Shown piece by piece: positions 39,009 through 53,149 of a stretch of DNA of 64,000 nucleotides. The DNA is from Flaccisagitta enflata (taxonomy: Eukaryota): the NCBI GenBank assembly GCA_965153355.1, contig OZ231126.1, forward strand, positions 16,058,001 to 16,122,000, in the 5' to 3' direction. Made by a program: the position numbers and the translations under genes. Below the pieces are notes generated by a model. That model did no database searches, was not told the DNA's origin, and was given only the letters and a program-made list of their open reading frames with translations. The stretch's first letter is position 1. Each line of letters begins with the position of its first letter.

Positions 39009-39768
39009 TTTTTCTTTCTTTCTTTCTTTCATTCTTGCTTTTTTTCATTCTTGCTTTCTTTCTCCTCTTTTCTACCCCACCCCTGGCCTGGCACATCGTT
39101 TCTAGTTGAAATTTACAGTACAGTTCAGGCAACAAAGTCCTCAAATCCTGTATTGTAGAAGACAAAGTCGAAGATGTCTGAATTGTCTATCATAGCACGA
39201 TATGTCATTTTGAATCCGAGCATGATAAAGCGTGGCATCTCTTTTGAGAATGATGTTCTCTGTTATTAATCGTTTGGGCATGTTGATTAAACTCGGTCAA
39301 CCTTGCTTTGTTAATCGGGGAGCAAATGAAATGGTTCAAATCTATCGATTTAGGTTTTGCGGCTTTTGATTGTTTCAGAGACTTCCTTTCAATTTCCGTC
39401 GATTTCATGATGAGGAACTTGAAGCAAAGGTCAGAACTCGAACCTCGGGATCCGGTGGGAAAGTTTTTAAGGGGAAAATCAATGTTTAAAGATTTCGTCA
39501 TACCTTTAAAAGAATCCCTTTGTCCCCTTTGCGCATACTGTTTGTCATGTGCATGTCGTTAATTTCGTCTTTTTGTAAATTTGTACATGAAACTCAAATT
39601 CGAATGAATAAATCGACTCCGCGTCAGTTTCTGTCGCCCTCAATCGTCTTACTTAAAATCATACATTCTTTAAAAAAACACTAAGAATTGATGAAAGAGG
39701 TCACGAAAGTTGTCTCTCATGAATCTCCTGAGGATTTTTGACGCCTTTTAATTTCGTATGACGATCTT

Positions 39769-39945
39769 CTTTTTAGTTGCGGACACGCAACTCTATGAGA
39801 GGCTTTGTCCGTCCGTTGGTCCATCAGGGGTGATCGTGTTGAAAAGTGGGATACTTTTTGTGTATAAGGGTTGGGGTGTGGATGGGGGTTGGATGCCCCT
39901 GCTCACCCGTCCGCAACGATATTGTGACCCCGCGTCACTTGTATT
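39769..39945 (+). mobile_element. Family-A element, subfamily AGTTGCGGAC (mirror copy at 54620-54811)
   Basis: TTTTTAGTTGCGGACACGCAACTCTA, (GTCC)n, GTCCGCAAC. Confidence 0.7.
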
Positions 39946-40607
39946 TTCTCCATCTCTCTATCACTCTTTGTCTCTCTTTATCGATCTCTTAATGATTCTC
40001 TTTCTCTTCCATCTCGAACGATAATGAATTCGGAACTTCCTCTCAGCCTTCTTTTCCTGATTTCTTTTTCTGTTTTATGTCTTTATGACCTAAATGGCGA
40101 ATGTTTCTTATTATGATGTCAAGGTGACGATATAACATACAAATGTCGTGTAGAGACAGTGTTTTTTTTAACTATATTTTTTTGTCGATGTTACAGGAAA
40201 AAACCTAGATATAGGTTATGGAAATATATGAATTATGTAATCTTCATAGATTTCACATAGTTACAGATTATTAAACATTAAAAGGAAATTCAACAATTGT
40301 CTGGGTCAACCTACGTAATCAAAAATAAAGGTTTAACCTTGTTTACCTTCCCTGCATGTTTCTTGCATTTCCATAAACTTGACATCATAAAAATGTAAAA
40401 AGTATTCCCCATTACAAAATAAAATGACGTGTGATGCATACCTGCAACCATCTCGTACACCTGCATTCATCTACATTACTACATATTTAACTATATCAGC
40501 ATCGAACTTTATATAACAGAATTGTTCTTTCTCTTCCTCCTCCATTTTTCAAATTGGGACATGGACACAAGGCTCTCCGTCTAATGATTAACGCACATCT
40601 TCAATGG

Positions 40608-40825
40608 GTTTTTAGATGCGTCCTCGCATCTCTATTAGAGGTCATGTGCGTCTGTTGGTCGGTAAGTCGATCAGTCAGGCAGTTGATAAGCAAATGTATA
40701 AATTGCAAAATCCAATCAAAAAAGCAGCACCAATACATTTAAACTATCTCAGTAATTCTTTCATTTATTCATTCAACAATTCATTCATTCATTCACGCAA
40801 TCATGCAATCATTCATTAATTCATT
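40608..40825 (+). mobile_element. Family-A-like element 5' part, interrupted by the LTR/MITE
   Basis: TTTTTAGATGCGTCCTCGCATCTCTA hairpin followed by GTCT/GTCG repeats. Confidence 0.5.
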
Positions 40826-40833
40826 CATTCTGT

Positions 40834-40969
40834 TAGGGATGTGGAAGCGATTGACCGCTTCCGTTTTGGTGGGTGTGATAGCTACTAGTATTTGAACTAC
40901 AAAATGGAAGCGGAAGCGGAAGCGGAAGCGGTGGAAGCGGCACCAAAATCGACCGCTTCCACATCCCTA
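40834..40969. mobile_element. hAT-type MITE with 8-bp TSD CATTCTGT
   Basis: CATTCTGT-TAGGGATGTGGAAGCG ... CGCTTCCACATCCCTA-CATTCTGT. Confidence 0.88.
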
Positions 40970-40974
40970 CATTC

Positions 40975-41828
40975 TGTAATCACGTTACTGCTATTCGTGC
41001 TAGGTGTCTTTTGTTGCTTGCCGTTTTTATGTTGAGCTAGATGGTAACCCGTATGGTTGCACTTGCTTGATTTTGTGCCATTTGTTTTTTTCTTCTACGT
41101 AGGCAAATATAAGTAACTCGTCTTTCGTATCATCCAATTTTTGGATTGATTGATTTTATTTAATTATGGCATCGCTTCTTAAAGTGATTGATTGATTTTT
41201 ATGATCGTTTGAATGCGCCCTTGGAATTCGCTAATTTCAATAATCTCTCATCTTTTTATTGCAGATAAACTAATGAACGGACAATTAACGTTAATTTGAC
41301 ATCGACAGACTGTGGGTTGAAACCAACGAAAGTGGGCCTAAAAGTAAGTTTTATAGACGTGTTTCTGCTTTTATTAACGTTGTTTTTATCTTGTTTTTCG
41401 GTCTGTTATTTTTGTCTTTTGCCCTTTTGCATTTTTATCGCCGGATTTTAGTATGGTTTTTATCGCTTGCCCGGTCAGCTTACTATAGGGATGATATGGA
41501 TGAATTTAATGGGATGGGCCGGGGCAGGGGCAGGTATTATCGGGTGGCATAGGCTCTGAGGAAGATGAACATATTGTCATATTATATTTCTGTCCTTTAT
41601 TGTATCCTGTCTCGATTTCATGTTATCTTTTGCGTTTGCTGATGCAATTAACGCCCTTTCCCCTTTCATTTTACCTCTCTTCAATTGTTGAAATTTTTAT
41701 GGAATAAACGAGACGATCGCCTTCCTATTTTCCAATCGGCCAACTTTCTTTCACCACAAGTCGTCAGTCAGATAGACGCTCATAGACAGTGCCAGTTGAA
41801 ACTCGTGGGCGTAATTTATATTTCAACA
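40975..41828 (+). repeat. 5' LTR of copy B
   Basis: TGT...TTTCAACA; homologous to but clearly diverged from 53164-54080. Confidence 0.85.
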
Positions 41829-41883
41829 ATTTAAAAACGACTCGACTCTTTCCATCTTCGACCTCCGAAAACGAAATTGGACA

Positions 41884-44800
41884 ATGGCAGCCGCGCGCAA
41901 CGACGACACCGTCTCGACCGCTTCAACGTCATCTCGTGTATCTCACTTCGGTTTGAATCAGTGTCCGAGGTCGAATCGTTTGCGCGCAATGAAGAACGAC
42001 ATCACTGCGGAAATGGAAGGATGCCGGCGCCTTTTCGACGCCGTTTCTACTTGCACCGAAGGAACGAATGACTTCGACGACGCCGCCTGTGAATCAGATG
42101 GCGCTCGACACGGCCTTCGGGATATGGTTTATGACTTTATATCGTATGCAAGGCAAATGGCGCTCGACTCGATGCCCGGCGACCCTCTTCGATTCGCGGC
42201 GTCTTCTTTGCGTCGAATCCGGCGCGAATGGGACTCCATGCGTTTCTTCGATCGTGAGAACTATCCAGAGGGTTTTCCTTCCAACGCCGACATCGTGAAC
42301 GCAGTGCATAATGACATTGGGAATCGCAAAAGACCCGTCAATGAATTCTCATGGAACAGTCTCCCAACCGTCACTCGCATAGCCCGTGATAATGTTACCG
42401 AGCGCTCCAAGCTCAAGGATGCGAGCGTCGTCGCAAACCGACGGATCCGAGTATCTACCGCTTCCGGTTCCACGACATAGTGCGCAATCTCCAAGCTGAC
42501 GGCCAATTTTGAATACGCGTCCAAGAGGAGATGCAAATCGATCAATGGAGTATCGGATTTGGTCTCAGGGGTGAACTGCGCGTGCGTCTCAATGGAGCAA
42601 GCCGACGACATGCTTGCGGATCTCGACGGCGCCGATGCGCTCGCAAGAGGTCGCAGGATCATCAGCGGATTGACGCCGCAGGAGAGGGCGAGGCGGCGCT
42701 TCGTCAATAGGAGTGCTGAAGAGAGACAGATGGGGTAGGCAGTTGGAGGAGGAAATGCGACAAGGCCGTCGGCTGATTGCCGATATGCAGCAGCAACAAC
42801 GGGAGGAGGAGCAGCGACAGCAACAGCCGGAACGGCAACAGCAGCATCAGTTGCAGATGCGGCAGCAACTCAGCGGCAACGTCAACTCCACCGACCACAG
42901 GAGCAGCAGCATATGACGGCTCAACGGCAGCAGCAAGAGCTGTTGCAGCAGCAGCAGTTGCAGCAACTCCAACAATTTTGTCAACAAGATCAACAACAAC
43001 ATCAGATCCTGCAGCCGGCGCCACAATCTGTGGCTCAACAACAGCAACAAAATGACCAACAGCAACAACAGCAGCATGAACAACAGCAGCAGCGGCAAAA
43101 CGATGCAGGAGAACAGATGCAACAGCAACGGCAGCAGCAACAGCAACCTTCCGCCGCGATCCCAGCGGTGGTAGTGGATCCTCCAGCTGCAAATAACAAT
43201 CCTGTCGAAAGCATGAATGTCAGTGAGGAGACAGAAGAAGAGAGACAGCAACGCCTTGCAGATCAACGTCTGCGCATGATGGCTGAAGGTGAAGGTGGTG
43301 GTGCAGCAACAGCTCCAAAGGCGCCGATCGCGGTGCCATTGGGATTCCAACAACGACTCATCCACAGAAGACAAAAGAGTTATACGACAGAATGTAACTT
43401 TCGCCAGCAGCAGCAACGAGATAAGATAGAAGGCAGGGGGTATTCCAACAATGCGGCAGGGAAATGCAACGAAGCACTGGAGGTGGAATAGCCTGAGCCG
43501 ACGGCGGCATTGGTGGAGCTTTAGAGCAGCGGGACGTGAAGCTCAGACAACTGTCTGAGCTGGAGCAGCAGCAGCCGCAGCATCCGCCAAAAGACCGTCG
43601 ATCTATCTTCAGAAATTTCAATCCGGGATTGTTCAATTCGAACATACAGCAACATCATGTACAGTCAGTGGAAACGTCCGTCAAGCAGACCGATGCAGCA
43701 GCAGCAACAGATGGAGCAGCAGCAGCAGCAAGGACAACATCAGCGTCAACTGCCGGCAGCCCAGGGAATGAACAGCAACAGCGTACGACCAGCGACAGCA
43801 GCAGCGTCAACGGTGAGCAGCAACGGCTTCAACAACAGCAACAGCATCAGGATCAGCATCACCAAACCCCAGCAGCAGCGATTCTCCCTACCGCACCGGA
43901 AGTGATCTTCGAGAAGCAGATTGATTCTGCTAGAAGGGAGACTGGCCTTCCCCACCAAGAGGAAAAAGTCTTCAACACAGCCGGAAGCGGAGGTGATGCA
44001 ACGGAGGCGATGCGCAGGAGGCAGAGGCAGGAGGCCGCTGACGTGAAGTTGGCACAGCAGCTGCAAGATAAGGAGAGAAGAAAAAGTCGCTCCCAGAAGA
44101 CAACGTGAGTGGATTGCACGGCAGAAGGCGCAAAGTCGCGCAAAGCGCCTCTAGCAACGCCTCAAGCGGAAGTCATCCCAGCCAGAATCAACGTTTGCAG
44201 CAGGAAGTGGATAGTTTGAAGATGCAGATTCAGCAGAGAGACTTTGGCCTTGTATGGCGAAGAAGAAGAAGAAACAACGTAAAAAAAGGAGCAACAACAG
44301 CGACAGTACGTCCGCCAAGGTGCAGTGCTCCCGATTCCATCAAGAATGATCGTCAACAACAGATGAATCAGCAAGGAGAAGTTGGGTGGAGCGTAAAAAC
44401 CACCAAAAAGATCTCCGGTCAAAGTCGGGGGTCAATACGCGTTGACCCAACAACCTCCAGCGTACCATCAGGTGGAGCATCATCAAATGGCCCGTCAGCC
44501 GGAAGTCCACGTTCAGATGCCCAACAATCCGACTCTGGACATGTTTTTGGAAAGAGCGGCGTACAACGATCTCATGCGAGCAAGGGAGGTCGGCCTCAAA
44601 GCATTGGAGAGAGCAAGACAGAAGCCTCTGCAGGAGCTTTACCGTCCACGACTTTATGATGTGGAAGAGGAAGTTCAGAGAGTTGCTGAGAAGCATGAAG
44701 GCAGCAAATGGACATTTTATTGGGAGTACTAGAGTGGTTTGCTGGTCCGGCAAGAGATCATTGAAACTGCGACGATTGATGCAACTGAAGCGACAGCAAG

Positions 44801-45646
44801 AGGAGAGATTGACGATGCCTTCGCAAAAATGGGCGTCGTCTTTATGGCCAGGCGCTGCAAGATTGCGGCGCTGTTCAACGAAATCGTCGGGGAATCGAGG
44901 AACCAGTCGGCAGACCATGCAAGGCATTTCAGTTTGTCTGCAAGGTTGCAAAAGGCAAAGAAGATTGCGAGGACCTGTGGAGAAGTGCAACAATGCTGTC
45001 GTGACGAGCTGCTGCAGGAGATCCTCAATAAGAGGGTCCCTCATCTTATGGATAGAATTCTGGGAGAAGCAACATGAAGCGGCCCAAAATGGACAGTTAT
45101 TCTCATTCGACAACTTGGTCAATATGATTGAGACATGGGCGGTGATTCAGCGCAACAAAGGCTTAAACTGCAAAACGGCATCAGTAGCAGCGGTTGCAAC
45201 GACAGAAAAAGAGGCGCCATCTTCATGCGAGGACGCCTTGACCAGTGGCAAGCAAAAGACGTACTCGACGGACCGCTGCAACGTCTGCAGTGGAATGCAT
45301 CAGAAACGGAAGAAGTGTCATCAATTGTCAGGAGTTGGAAGTGGGCGAGTTCAGAAGATGTCTCGTCGTCTTTGCTTCTCACTGTTCAATAACCAGGACA
45401 CAACGCCAAGGGTGCGCGAACAGACCAACTTGCCAGATCTGCAGGAAGCGGCACATGACTGGCCTCACGGCGCACCTACAAAGAAGAAGAAAGGAAGAGA
45501 AGAAAGGAGAAAATAAGCAGGGAAATAAAGTACGGCTGGCTTCCTTCAAAAAGTCAGAGGATGCGGCTGCAGCAGCACCAACAGCTCCGTCGACGGCGGA
45601 GGCAGCCAATCCAACAGAAGTAATCTCTCCTAACGCTACGGCATGA
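41884..45646 (+). pseudogene. gag: gag, Q-rich, frameshifted
   Basis: ATG at 41884, poly-Q ORF pieces, knuckles CNVCSGMH and CQICRKRH, TGA at 45644-45646. Confidence 0.8.
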
Positions 45647-48600
45647 CTGGCGGCGGCAGCAGCGTCGCCAGTCCGTCTCTTCGTCGGCGGCGTTGTCCGT
45701 CGATTGTTCCAGTGACTATCATAAACAATTCTTCGGGTGCGCAGAGGGCGATTTACGCTATGATCGACTCAGGCGCTGATCGCGCGTGATCAGTGCCAAT
45801 GTCATTAACAGTCTTCTGATTCCAACAAAAACAGTGCAAATAGCGGTGATTACCGCAGGAAGTCATGTTGTTGAGGATCGTTTCGCCGCATCATTCACTA
45901 TGCAATCGATCGGCGAGGGATATGTCGTCGACGTCAACGCCGCATTGGTGGGTGATTTGTTAGTGAACGAACGCGACATTCCTCCTTTTCTCCGCGACCT
46001 ATCTGACCAGCCTCACATGAAGGCATAAAATTTCCAGAAGCTGAAAGCGGTGTGATGATGATCATCAGATGGCGCATGCGAGATGCCATAATCGCTCAAG
46101 AAATCCGTCGAGGGCCTTCAGGATCTTTGACTTGCTTCAGATGTCTATTCGGTTAGACTGTATGTGGAAAAACGGGCAAAAGAGGGCGAGATATTGCATC
46201 GATCAACGCTATCGCGCGACGGATGGCCCGCGTCCTCATGATAGCATCGATCGCATCTCGACAATCGCGTCCTCAACAGCAACATTGACCGCATCTTCTA
46301 CCATGACTTTGCATCATCAATCGTCTCGCATGAGGGAGATGGGTGATTCCCTTGAAAATGTCAGAGCGTGCAAAATGTTAGGGGAAAAGACATATATTTT
46401 TGCCCAATTGTGAAAAAGTACTTTGCTCCCGTCACATGGAAATTTCATCACGAAAAATCAGGAAATTCTGAGAAGAGTGAAATCACGACCGACTGCGATG
46501 AAGCGGCCTCGGTAACCAACGTTTCGCTTCAAGCGTGATCCAGCCTTCAAAGAAAGAGTCTTCCGTGAAATCGAGAAGTTTACGAGGCGGGAGTAGCGGT
46601 TAGTTGACAGCGTCGGCGACGACAGCGAGCGTGAGGAAGCTTGGCGCTGGTGCCTTCCTTATTGGTGTTGGTGCGCGGCAAAGCGGCAGTATGTCCTGAT
46701 GCGCGTCTGGCGGCCGACGGGATCTCACTCCAATGAGTTGCTCGTCGGAGGTCCAAACTTGATGAACAGCTTCGTGGACATCCTCATGCGTTTTCGTCAG
46801 TGGAAGATCGCCTTTATGGCAATGATATAAGGCGTTCTTCCACCAGATCAGCGTCCATCCTGACGCCGCTGATCTGTTCAGATTCTCTTGGTTCAAAGAC
46901 CGTACTCTACGAGAAGCCATTTTGAATCTGTTCTTATCACATGTCTTCGACAGCCAATCCAGCTCATTCGTCACGTCTTTCACCGTCAGAAAGCATGCTG
47001 AAGTAATCCGGCCCAAATATCCCCACAACGTCTACGATCTTATTCGCTTCGGCTTCTACGTCGACTTGTCGGAAGTGGGGGTGGGGACTCGGTCGCCAAA
47101 GCACTGCAGTTGAAGGTGGATGCAGTAGCGACGATAACTGAAGGCGGGATGAATCTTGTTAAGTGGAAAAGTAATGCGCGGCAATTGATGGATGGAGATC
47201 CGAACGTGCTAATTCCCATCTCAGATAAGCAAGATGATGCGCCGACGAAGGTGTTGGGCGTCTCATGGCTTCGGCGGAGAGACGTCTTGCATCTTCATCT
47301 GCGACGAGGAATTCAAAACTCTTAGAACAAAAACACCTCGTCAATTGGTCTCCATGCAGGCTAAACTTTATGATCCAGTGGGATTTTGGAGCCCAAGCGC
47401 ATACATCGGCAGACGACATCTTCAACTCTATCGTCCACAGGAAGTGGGATGGGATTAGCCCTTGGAAGAAACGTCGAAGAATCCTTCTTCCGCTACACTT
47501 CATCTTGGCCTCTTCTACAACAATACGAATTGGGCAGCTGGTGGAATAGTAGTACGTCAGCTAACAGTGACATTGCGATGACAATTGAGATCTTTTTACG
47601 ATCACGGCTCCAAAGGCGGATATGGAGCAGTTGCATATCGACGTCAAGTCCATCAAGATGGAGATGTTCATATTTCATTCATAGCCTCCAAATCCCACGT
47701 CATTCCACTTAATCCCAAACGTGCTTCTCATCACAACAGCGTTCCACGCGTCGAGGTATCATGAAAAAGCAGTGCAGCTCAAGCGCGGCCGTCGGAAGGA
47801 CCGCCAGTTGGACAATCTTGTCGTCAGATTTTGGTCTGATTCTGAATCACTGAAGATGATTTACAATCCGGCGAAACCAAGGCCTGTATTTTTCGCCAAT
47901 CGTCTCTCCAAGATCCATAGCTGGTCTGATCCTCAACAGTGGCGCTGGGTTGATTCGTCAAACAACCCGGCGGACCACTGCAGCAGAACATCCCGGCCCA
48001 TGAAGCGAAAAATGGCGTCAGTCATCACGGTCCTGCATTTTTGCATCTTCCCGAAGATCAATGGCCAAAAACGAACATCGCGACGTGCCCTATTTCTGCA
48101 CAAGTCGCCGCATTGTATGCTGAAAGTGAAAAGAAACAAGTAGCTGTGCGATACTATGCAGCAGCTTCTGGGAAGAAAATGGATGCATAAGTGCGGATCA
48201 TCGGCATGGTTCTTATCGCAGTCAAGAGTGGAGAAGCGTATCAAGGGCGAAGACACGAGCAGCAAGGGATCTCCTTCCTAAACCGGAAGTGACATGACGT
48301 TTTGGAGGAGGCGCGCAAACAGCACAAATCAGGAGTCAATGCCAGCAGCATCATTATTCCGACGTCTTCGAACAATTGGAGTTGGGAAACGTCTTCAAAC
48401 CAGAAAGCCGTCATGACTTTATCATAAAGAACAAGGAGATGCGAGAAGTGAATCCTTTCGTCACGACGGCGGCATCCTTCGCGCCGGCAGCCGATTGGAA
48501 GCGCGACATCGCTCATGACGCTAAGTTTCCCTTCATCCTGCCGCCAAAAGACGAGAATGTGAAATCATTAATTCGCCATTATCATCATAATGATTTTCAC

Positions 48601-49678
48601 GCGGGTGCAAAGCATACATTGTGTCAATTACGCCAATTTGTGTGGATTACAAAAGGTCTTCAGGCCACAAGAGCGTCGTCAACACGTGCTTTAGATGCCA
48701 GAAGAACTTTAAAAAGAACGCAAATCAGCAAATGGCCAATCTTCCATCAAATCGCGTCAATCCTGCGCCTGTTTTTGCAGAGACTGGATTGGACGTCATG
48801 GGGCATTTCATGGTAAAAATGAACGGGCGTGCTGATCATAAGGTGTGGATCGCAGTGTTCACCTGTTTCGTGTCACGCGCCGTCCATGTGGAATTGCTCT
48901 TCAACATGTCAGCCGATGCGATGGTAAATGCAATCATCCGCTTTGCAGCGAGGCGCCCAGGAATCCGCCGTTTCACTTCAGATTGTGGAACGAATCTAGT
49001 CGGCGCCAACAATATCCTCAAGAAGGAAATGGAAGCTTGGAACCGCTCGTCAACTCCCGAATTGCAGCGGCGCGGCCTTCGGTGGGATTTTATCACGCCG
49101 AGGACACCCCACTATGGAGGGGTGTGGGAGAGAATCGTCGCTCTCTTTAAGCGCCATCTTGCTTCCATCTCGACTGGCGCCATCCTCCACGTCGACGCCT
49201 TCAACACTGCTGTCGTCGAAGTTGAAGGAATTCTCAATCGCCGTCCTCTGACAGCGCTCAGCGATGATCCAAATGACTCTGAGGCCCTTACACCGAATCA
49301 TATCCTAAATCCATCAACATCCGGCCATGCCCCTCTGGATCTGGTGCAACAAGGCGTCAACTCTGACGCCGACTCCGCGAAGATTCAATGGAGGCGTGCG
49401 CTATCGCGTGTGGATGCGTTTTGAAATCGTGGAGAATTCGAATATTGTCGCTTCTTCACGCGCGAAGCAAATGGTCGAGATCCGAGAGAGACTTTGCGGT
49501 TGATGACATAGTCATCGTCATGAATGAAACGCTTCCTCGTCACAATTGGAGCTTAGGACGTGTCATGGGCGTCGAGGGTTCGTCAGCCCATGTCCGGAGG
49601 GCTCACATCCGGCGCCAGGATGGAAAGATCGTGACGAAAGACCGCACAAAGCTTGTGCGGCTGGAATTGGACTCATAA
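45647..49678 (+). pseudogene. pol: pol (protease, RT, RNase H, integrase, C-terminal domain), frameshifted
   Basis: YAMIDSGAD; GGPNL; GFYVD; LYDPVG; FWSDS; integrase GLDVMG, SDCGTN, GGVWER; terminal WSLGRV motif. Confidence 0.9.
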
Positions 49679-50028
49679 AAAACGCTAAGTTTCGAGAGAG
49701 AGAGAAAAAGGCGCATGGGCCTGTCCATTAGTAACTATAGATATGAGTGATTGAGACTCTGACTTGTTATATTACAAAGAGTTGTTATTATTCATATTTG
49801 GTTCTGATTATCCATGCTTTCATCTTTCCTCTTGTCAATTATGTTGTCCATTTCCACTTACACATTCAAAACACTGATTCATTCGCTCTGTCTATATGTA
49901 CATATTATTGTGCCAAATTCCGTTCTTACCATTATCAGTTCTCAAACGAACATTTCAAAGCTTCCGCTGACGACGTCATTCCATCTACGAAGTCAGTTCG
50001 CATCTTGAAGTCGCTCGTCGGAGTCAAG

Positions 50029-52560
50029 ATGTCCCGTCAGCAGCGTCTCGAGGCGGAAGCCGACGTGTCGACGTCGTACGGATCCTTGGATCTCCATCGC
50101 CTCTAACGACGGCTCGACTCGAGAAGGATCTGCATCCACGACGTCGTTCGGGCGGAGGAGGAGGCTGTCGCGTTGGCAGCCTTCAATGGCGGCCTCCGTT
50201 CCGTCGTAGACGCAAAAATGGCGAATAAAAAGCGTCAACAAGATGATGCGTTGGTAAATCGTCAACAGCCATCCAACGCCGTTGATCGGCTTCGCTTCCT
50301 CCATTGGTGGTCATCAGAGATGGAGGTTCGAGGCGGATCTCGATCAATCGGCCGCCGACGGACTTATCCATCACTTCCGCGGCGGCGTCATCATCATCGG
50401 ATTTGCCCCCATCGCCTCGCCAATTCTGCCTTGATTTCGGTCGCCCAGCGTCTCGTGATCAAGCGTCTGCAGCTGCATGTCAACGCAGCGGGGGCGAAGA
50501 GAGAGAGAGATCGGTCAATGATGGAGCAAGAGTGGAGGAGGAGGGGATGGAAACAGAAGAGGAGGTGTTGGTGAATGGGGAGGCGGTGGAGAAAGACATT
50601 GACCCGGAAGTGGACACTGCGACGCCGGAAGAGAAGCATCAACGGATGCAGGCACGTTGGTGGTATCGTATCATCAGTCCGGACGTCGGAGTATCTCTCC
50701 TCTTCAAAGAGTTTGAAAAACTTTCAGTGTGCTGCAACAAACAAACTCTCATGCGCTCATCGGCTAATCAAACAGAGCTTGGCTCGGAGACTCTGGAGCG
50801 CAAAATCCAAAGCAATAAAAGAAGGAGGGAGCATGATAAGGAGGTTCGTCGCATGGTCCAGGCGACGAAGAGGAAGAATGCGGCTCCGAAGCCTCCTGAT
50901 GCAGCTGCAACTCCACCTGCAGCAACTTCCGTCGGCGCTTCCGCAACTCCACCAGCGGTATTTGTGCTCGACGCAGCCGCAGCTACATCAGCGGCAATTC
51001 ACTCTACAGCATCAGGAAGTCGTCAATCGCGCCCTGGATTGGTTCATCCCCCAAATCAGCAGCAACAGGGTCCTCGTGACGTCACTCCCTCACAACAGTC
51101 GAAGAGATCACGTCGGGAAAGACTCCACAAACGCAATGTGCCGAGTCAACAAAAAGGCCAGATTCCAAAAGCAAAGGCCCCTTCAAGCGCCTCCAGCGCG
51201 CCCCTGCAGCAGTGCCCCAAGGCCGAGGAGAAGCTTCAAGTGGTTCGTCGACGGCACGTTAGCAGCAACCCAGAAGCTGAATCAGGCGCCTGGGGCAGCG
51301 GCAGCAAAGGGAAGAAGACCAAGAGAGCTGGGAAGAAGCATAAAGCAGCAACCAAGGGAGGTTCTACTTGCGGTGCTTCGGCGTCCGCTGTTAAACCTCA
51401 AGTCTCTGGTCAGCAGACGGGAGCGTCTTCCTTTCACTCGCAGCCATCAAAAGCAGCGGTAGGAAGACAGTTGGCGGTGCTTCAGCATCTGTTAAAGCTG
51501 GTGTAGCGCCTCGTCAGCAAACCGAGTCTGCCCAAGGTCTGCAGCAAGTGCAGAACCACCTCCCCCGTCGGATCCAGCCTTTGATCCTGCGCATGGACAC
51601 CACATCGCCGAGTCATTGCTGAGAGCCTCTTCACTGACCTCAAACGCTCCATTGGGTGTGGTGAAGAATTTAGCATCAAGGCTTCCGAAAGACTTCTTCG
51701 CGTCGCTCAATCCGCGTCAACGAGTTGAAGCGGCTCGTCAAGTCTTAGACGGGAGGATTATTCGCAACATCCAAGGAGAGAGACGATGCTCGTCAAGCAG
51801 CAATGGCTGCGGACAATGAGGTGGTCAAAGGCAATAAACGAGTCGTGGAACTGGAGAAGCAGCTTGAAAAGGAGAAGCAGGCCTGTGCGATGAAGCTAAG
51901 AGAAGAGAAGCCGTGGAAGCATGCCGGCGGCTGTTAAAAACTGCGTCCGTGTGTCCTAAATTTCGACTGGCGCCGGGTGCGTGCAGCATCTCCACCTCCA
52001 GCGTCTTCTCCTGCAGAAAAAGTCGGTCAGCAGATCCTATCGCAAAAAGACGCTCCCAAGCCTGGAAATAAGAAAAATCGAACCAGGCCTTGGAAAAATC
52101 AGACCGCCAGTTAAACACTGATTGGTGCCACGCCCAGTTGCTGTTCAATTTAACTACCAATTTGCAACATGGCGTGGAGCGCCACCATTCGCTGAGGATC
52201 GTATTCCACCATCACATCCTCATCCCATCGATGGACAGGCCGGCCAAGTCGGGGGCGCTACCCGGGGCGTGGGAATGACGTCCGCCCCGGGGCCTGGCGA
52301 AAAACGCCCGCGTAAGTATCATGGTTTGGGAAGGGTTGAGGTTGAGTTTTTGTGGTAAATTTGAATCTGTGTACGATAAGAACTTTACTAATCAATCTGC
52401 CCCCATTTTTTCTCTTTCTTTTTCTTCCCTTCGGGGAGGATACATTCTCAGACGGCTGCACCACCTGCGCTGATGCGGCGCCGTTGCGCGACTTCATTCA
52501 TCGCCTTGCACGGATTGACGAGTGTTGGAGCTTCCGGGAATGACCCGCTCGTCTCTGTAA
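50029..52560 (+). other. Extra coding-like region of unknown function between pol and the 3' LTR
   Basis: GC-rich stretch with a 400-aa ORF (50304-51506) and adjoining ORF pieces; no motif recognised. Confidence 0.5.
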
Positions 52561-53149
52561 TGGAGAAGGCGCAGGTGATGTGGTCGTTCCATGATGCTTA
52601 CTAATTTCTTTTTACCTTACAGATTCGTTTTTATATATAGTTAGTAACTTATTTATTTTGTCTTGTTTTGTTTGGTTCCTTGGAACATGTACATTTTTGT
52701 TTTGTTTGTTTTAGACATGGTCTTTTTAGTCATTATTACGAATACTTTCGTATGACATGTTTTAGTAGTATGCCCCTACTCATTATTTTCCACTTAAGCC
52801 AAATCCCAGGCTTGGAGTGCTCCAAGGCCCGTTCCCCTTCCCCCCCCCCTTTCCCCTTAACTTTTACAGAACGGGTGCCTCAACCTCCTCGTCGCCGCCT
52901 CGTCTCCATCCGCGTCATCGTGATCGTTGAAAATTTGCTGGTGGTGGATCCTTTCCGGACGGGAATCATCATTCGTGCAGTCGTCGATCTGTTGATAGTT
53001 AGGGTGGGGATGTAAGAGGCGGTGGACGGGGGGGAGGGGCGGGGGCTGTGTCTATGTAAATTTTTTTTAAGGAAGGTAGTATCGGTTTTTTAGTAGGGTT
53101 TCCCCGACTGGAAACTAGGTGTCGGATTTTTGAAATTCGTGAAATTCCA

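Larger units (their letters stand above)
37020..40486 (+). repeat. Left arm of inner inverted segmental duplication (partner 54077-58400)
   Basis: Continuous reverse-complement similarity; mirrored ORFs 38624/55582 and 39308/55138. Confidence 0.92.
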
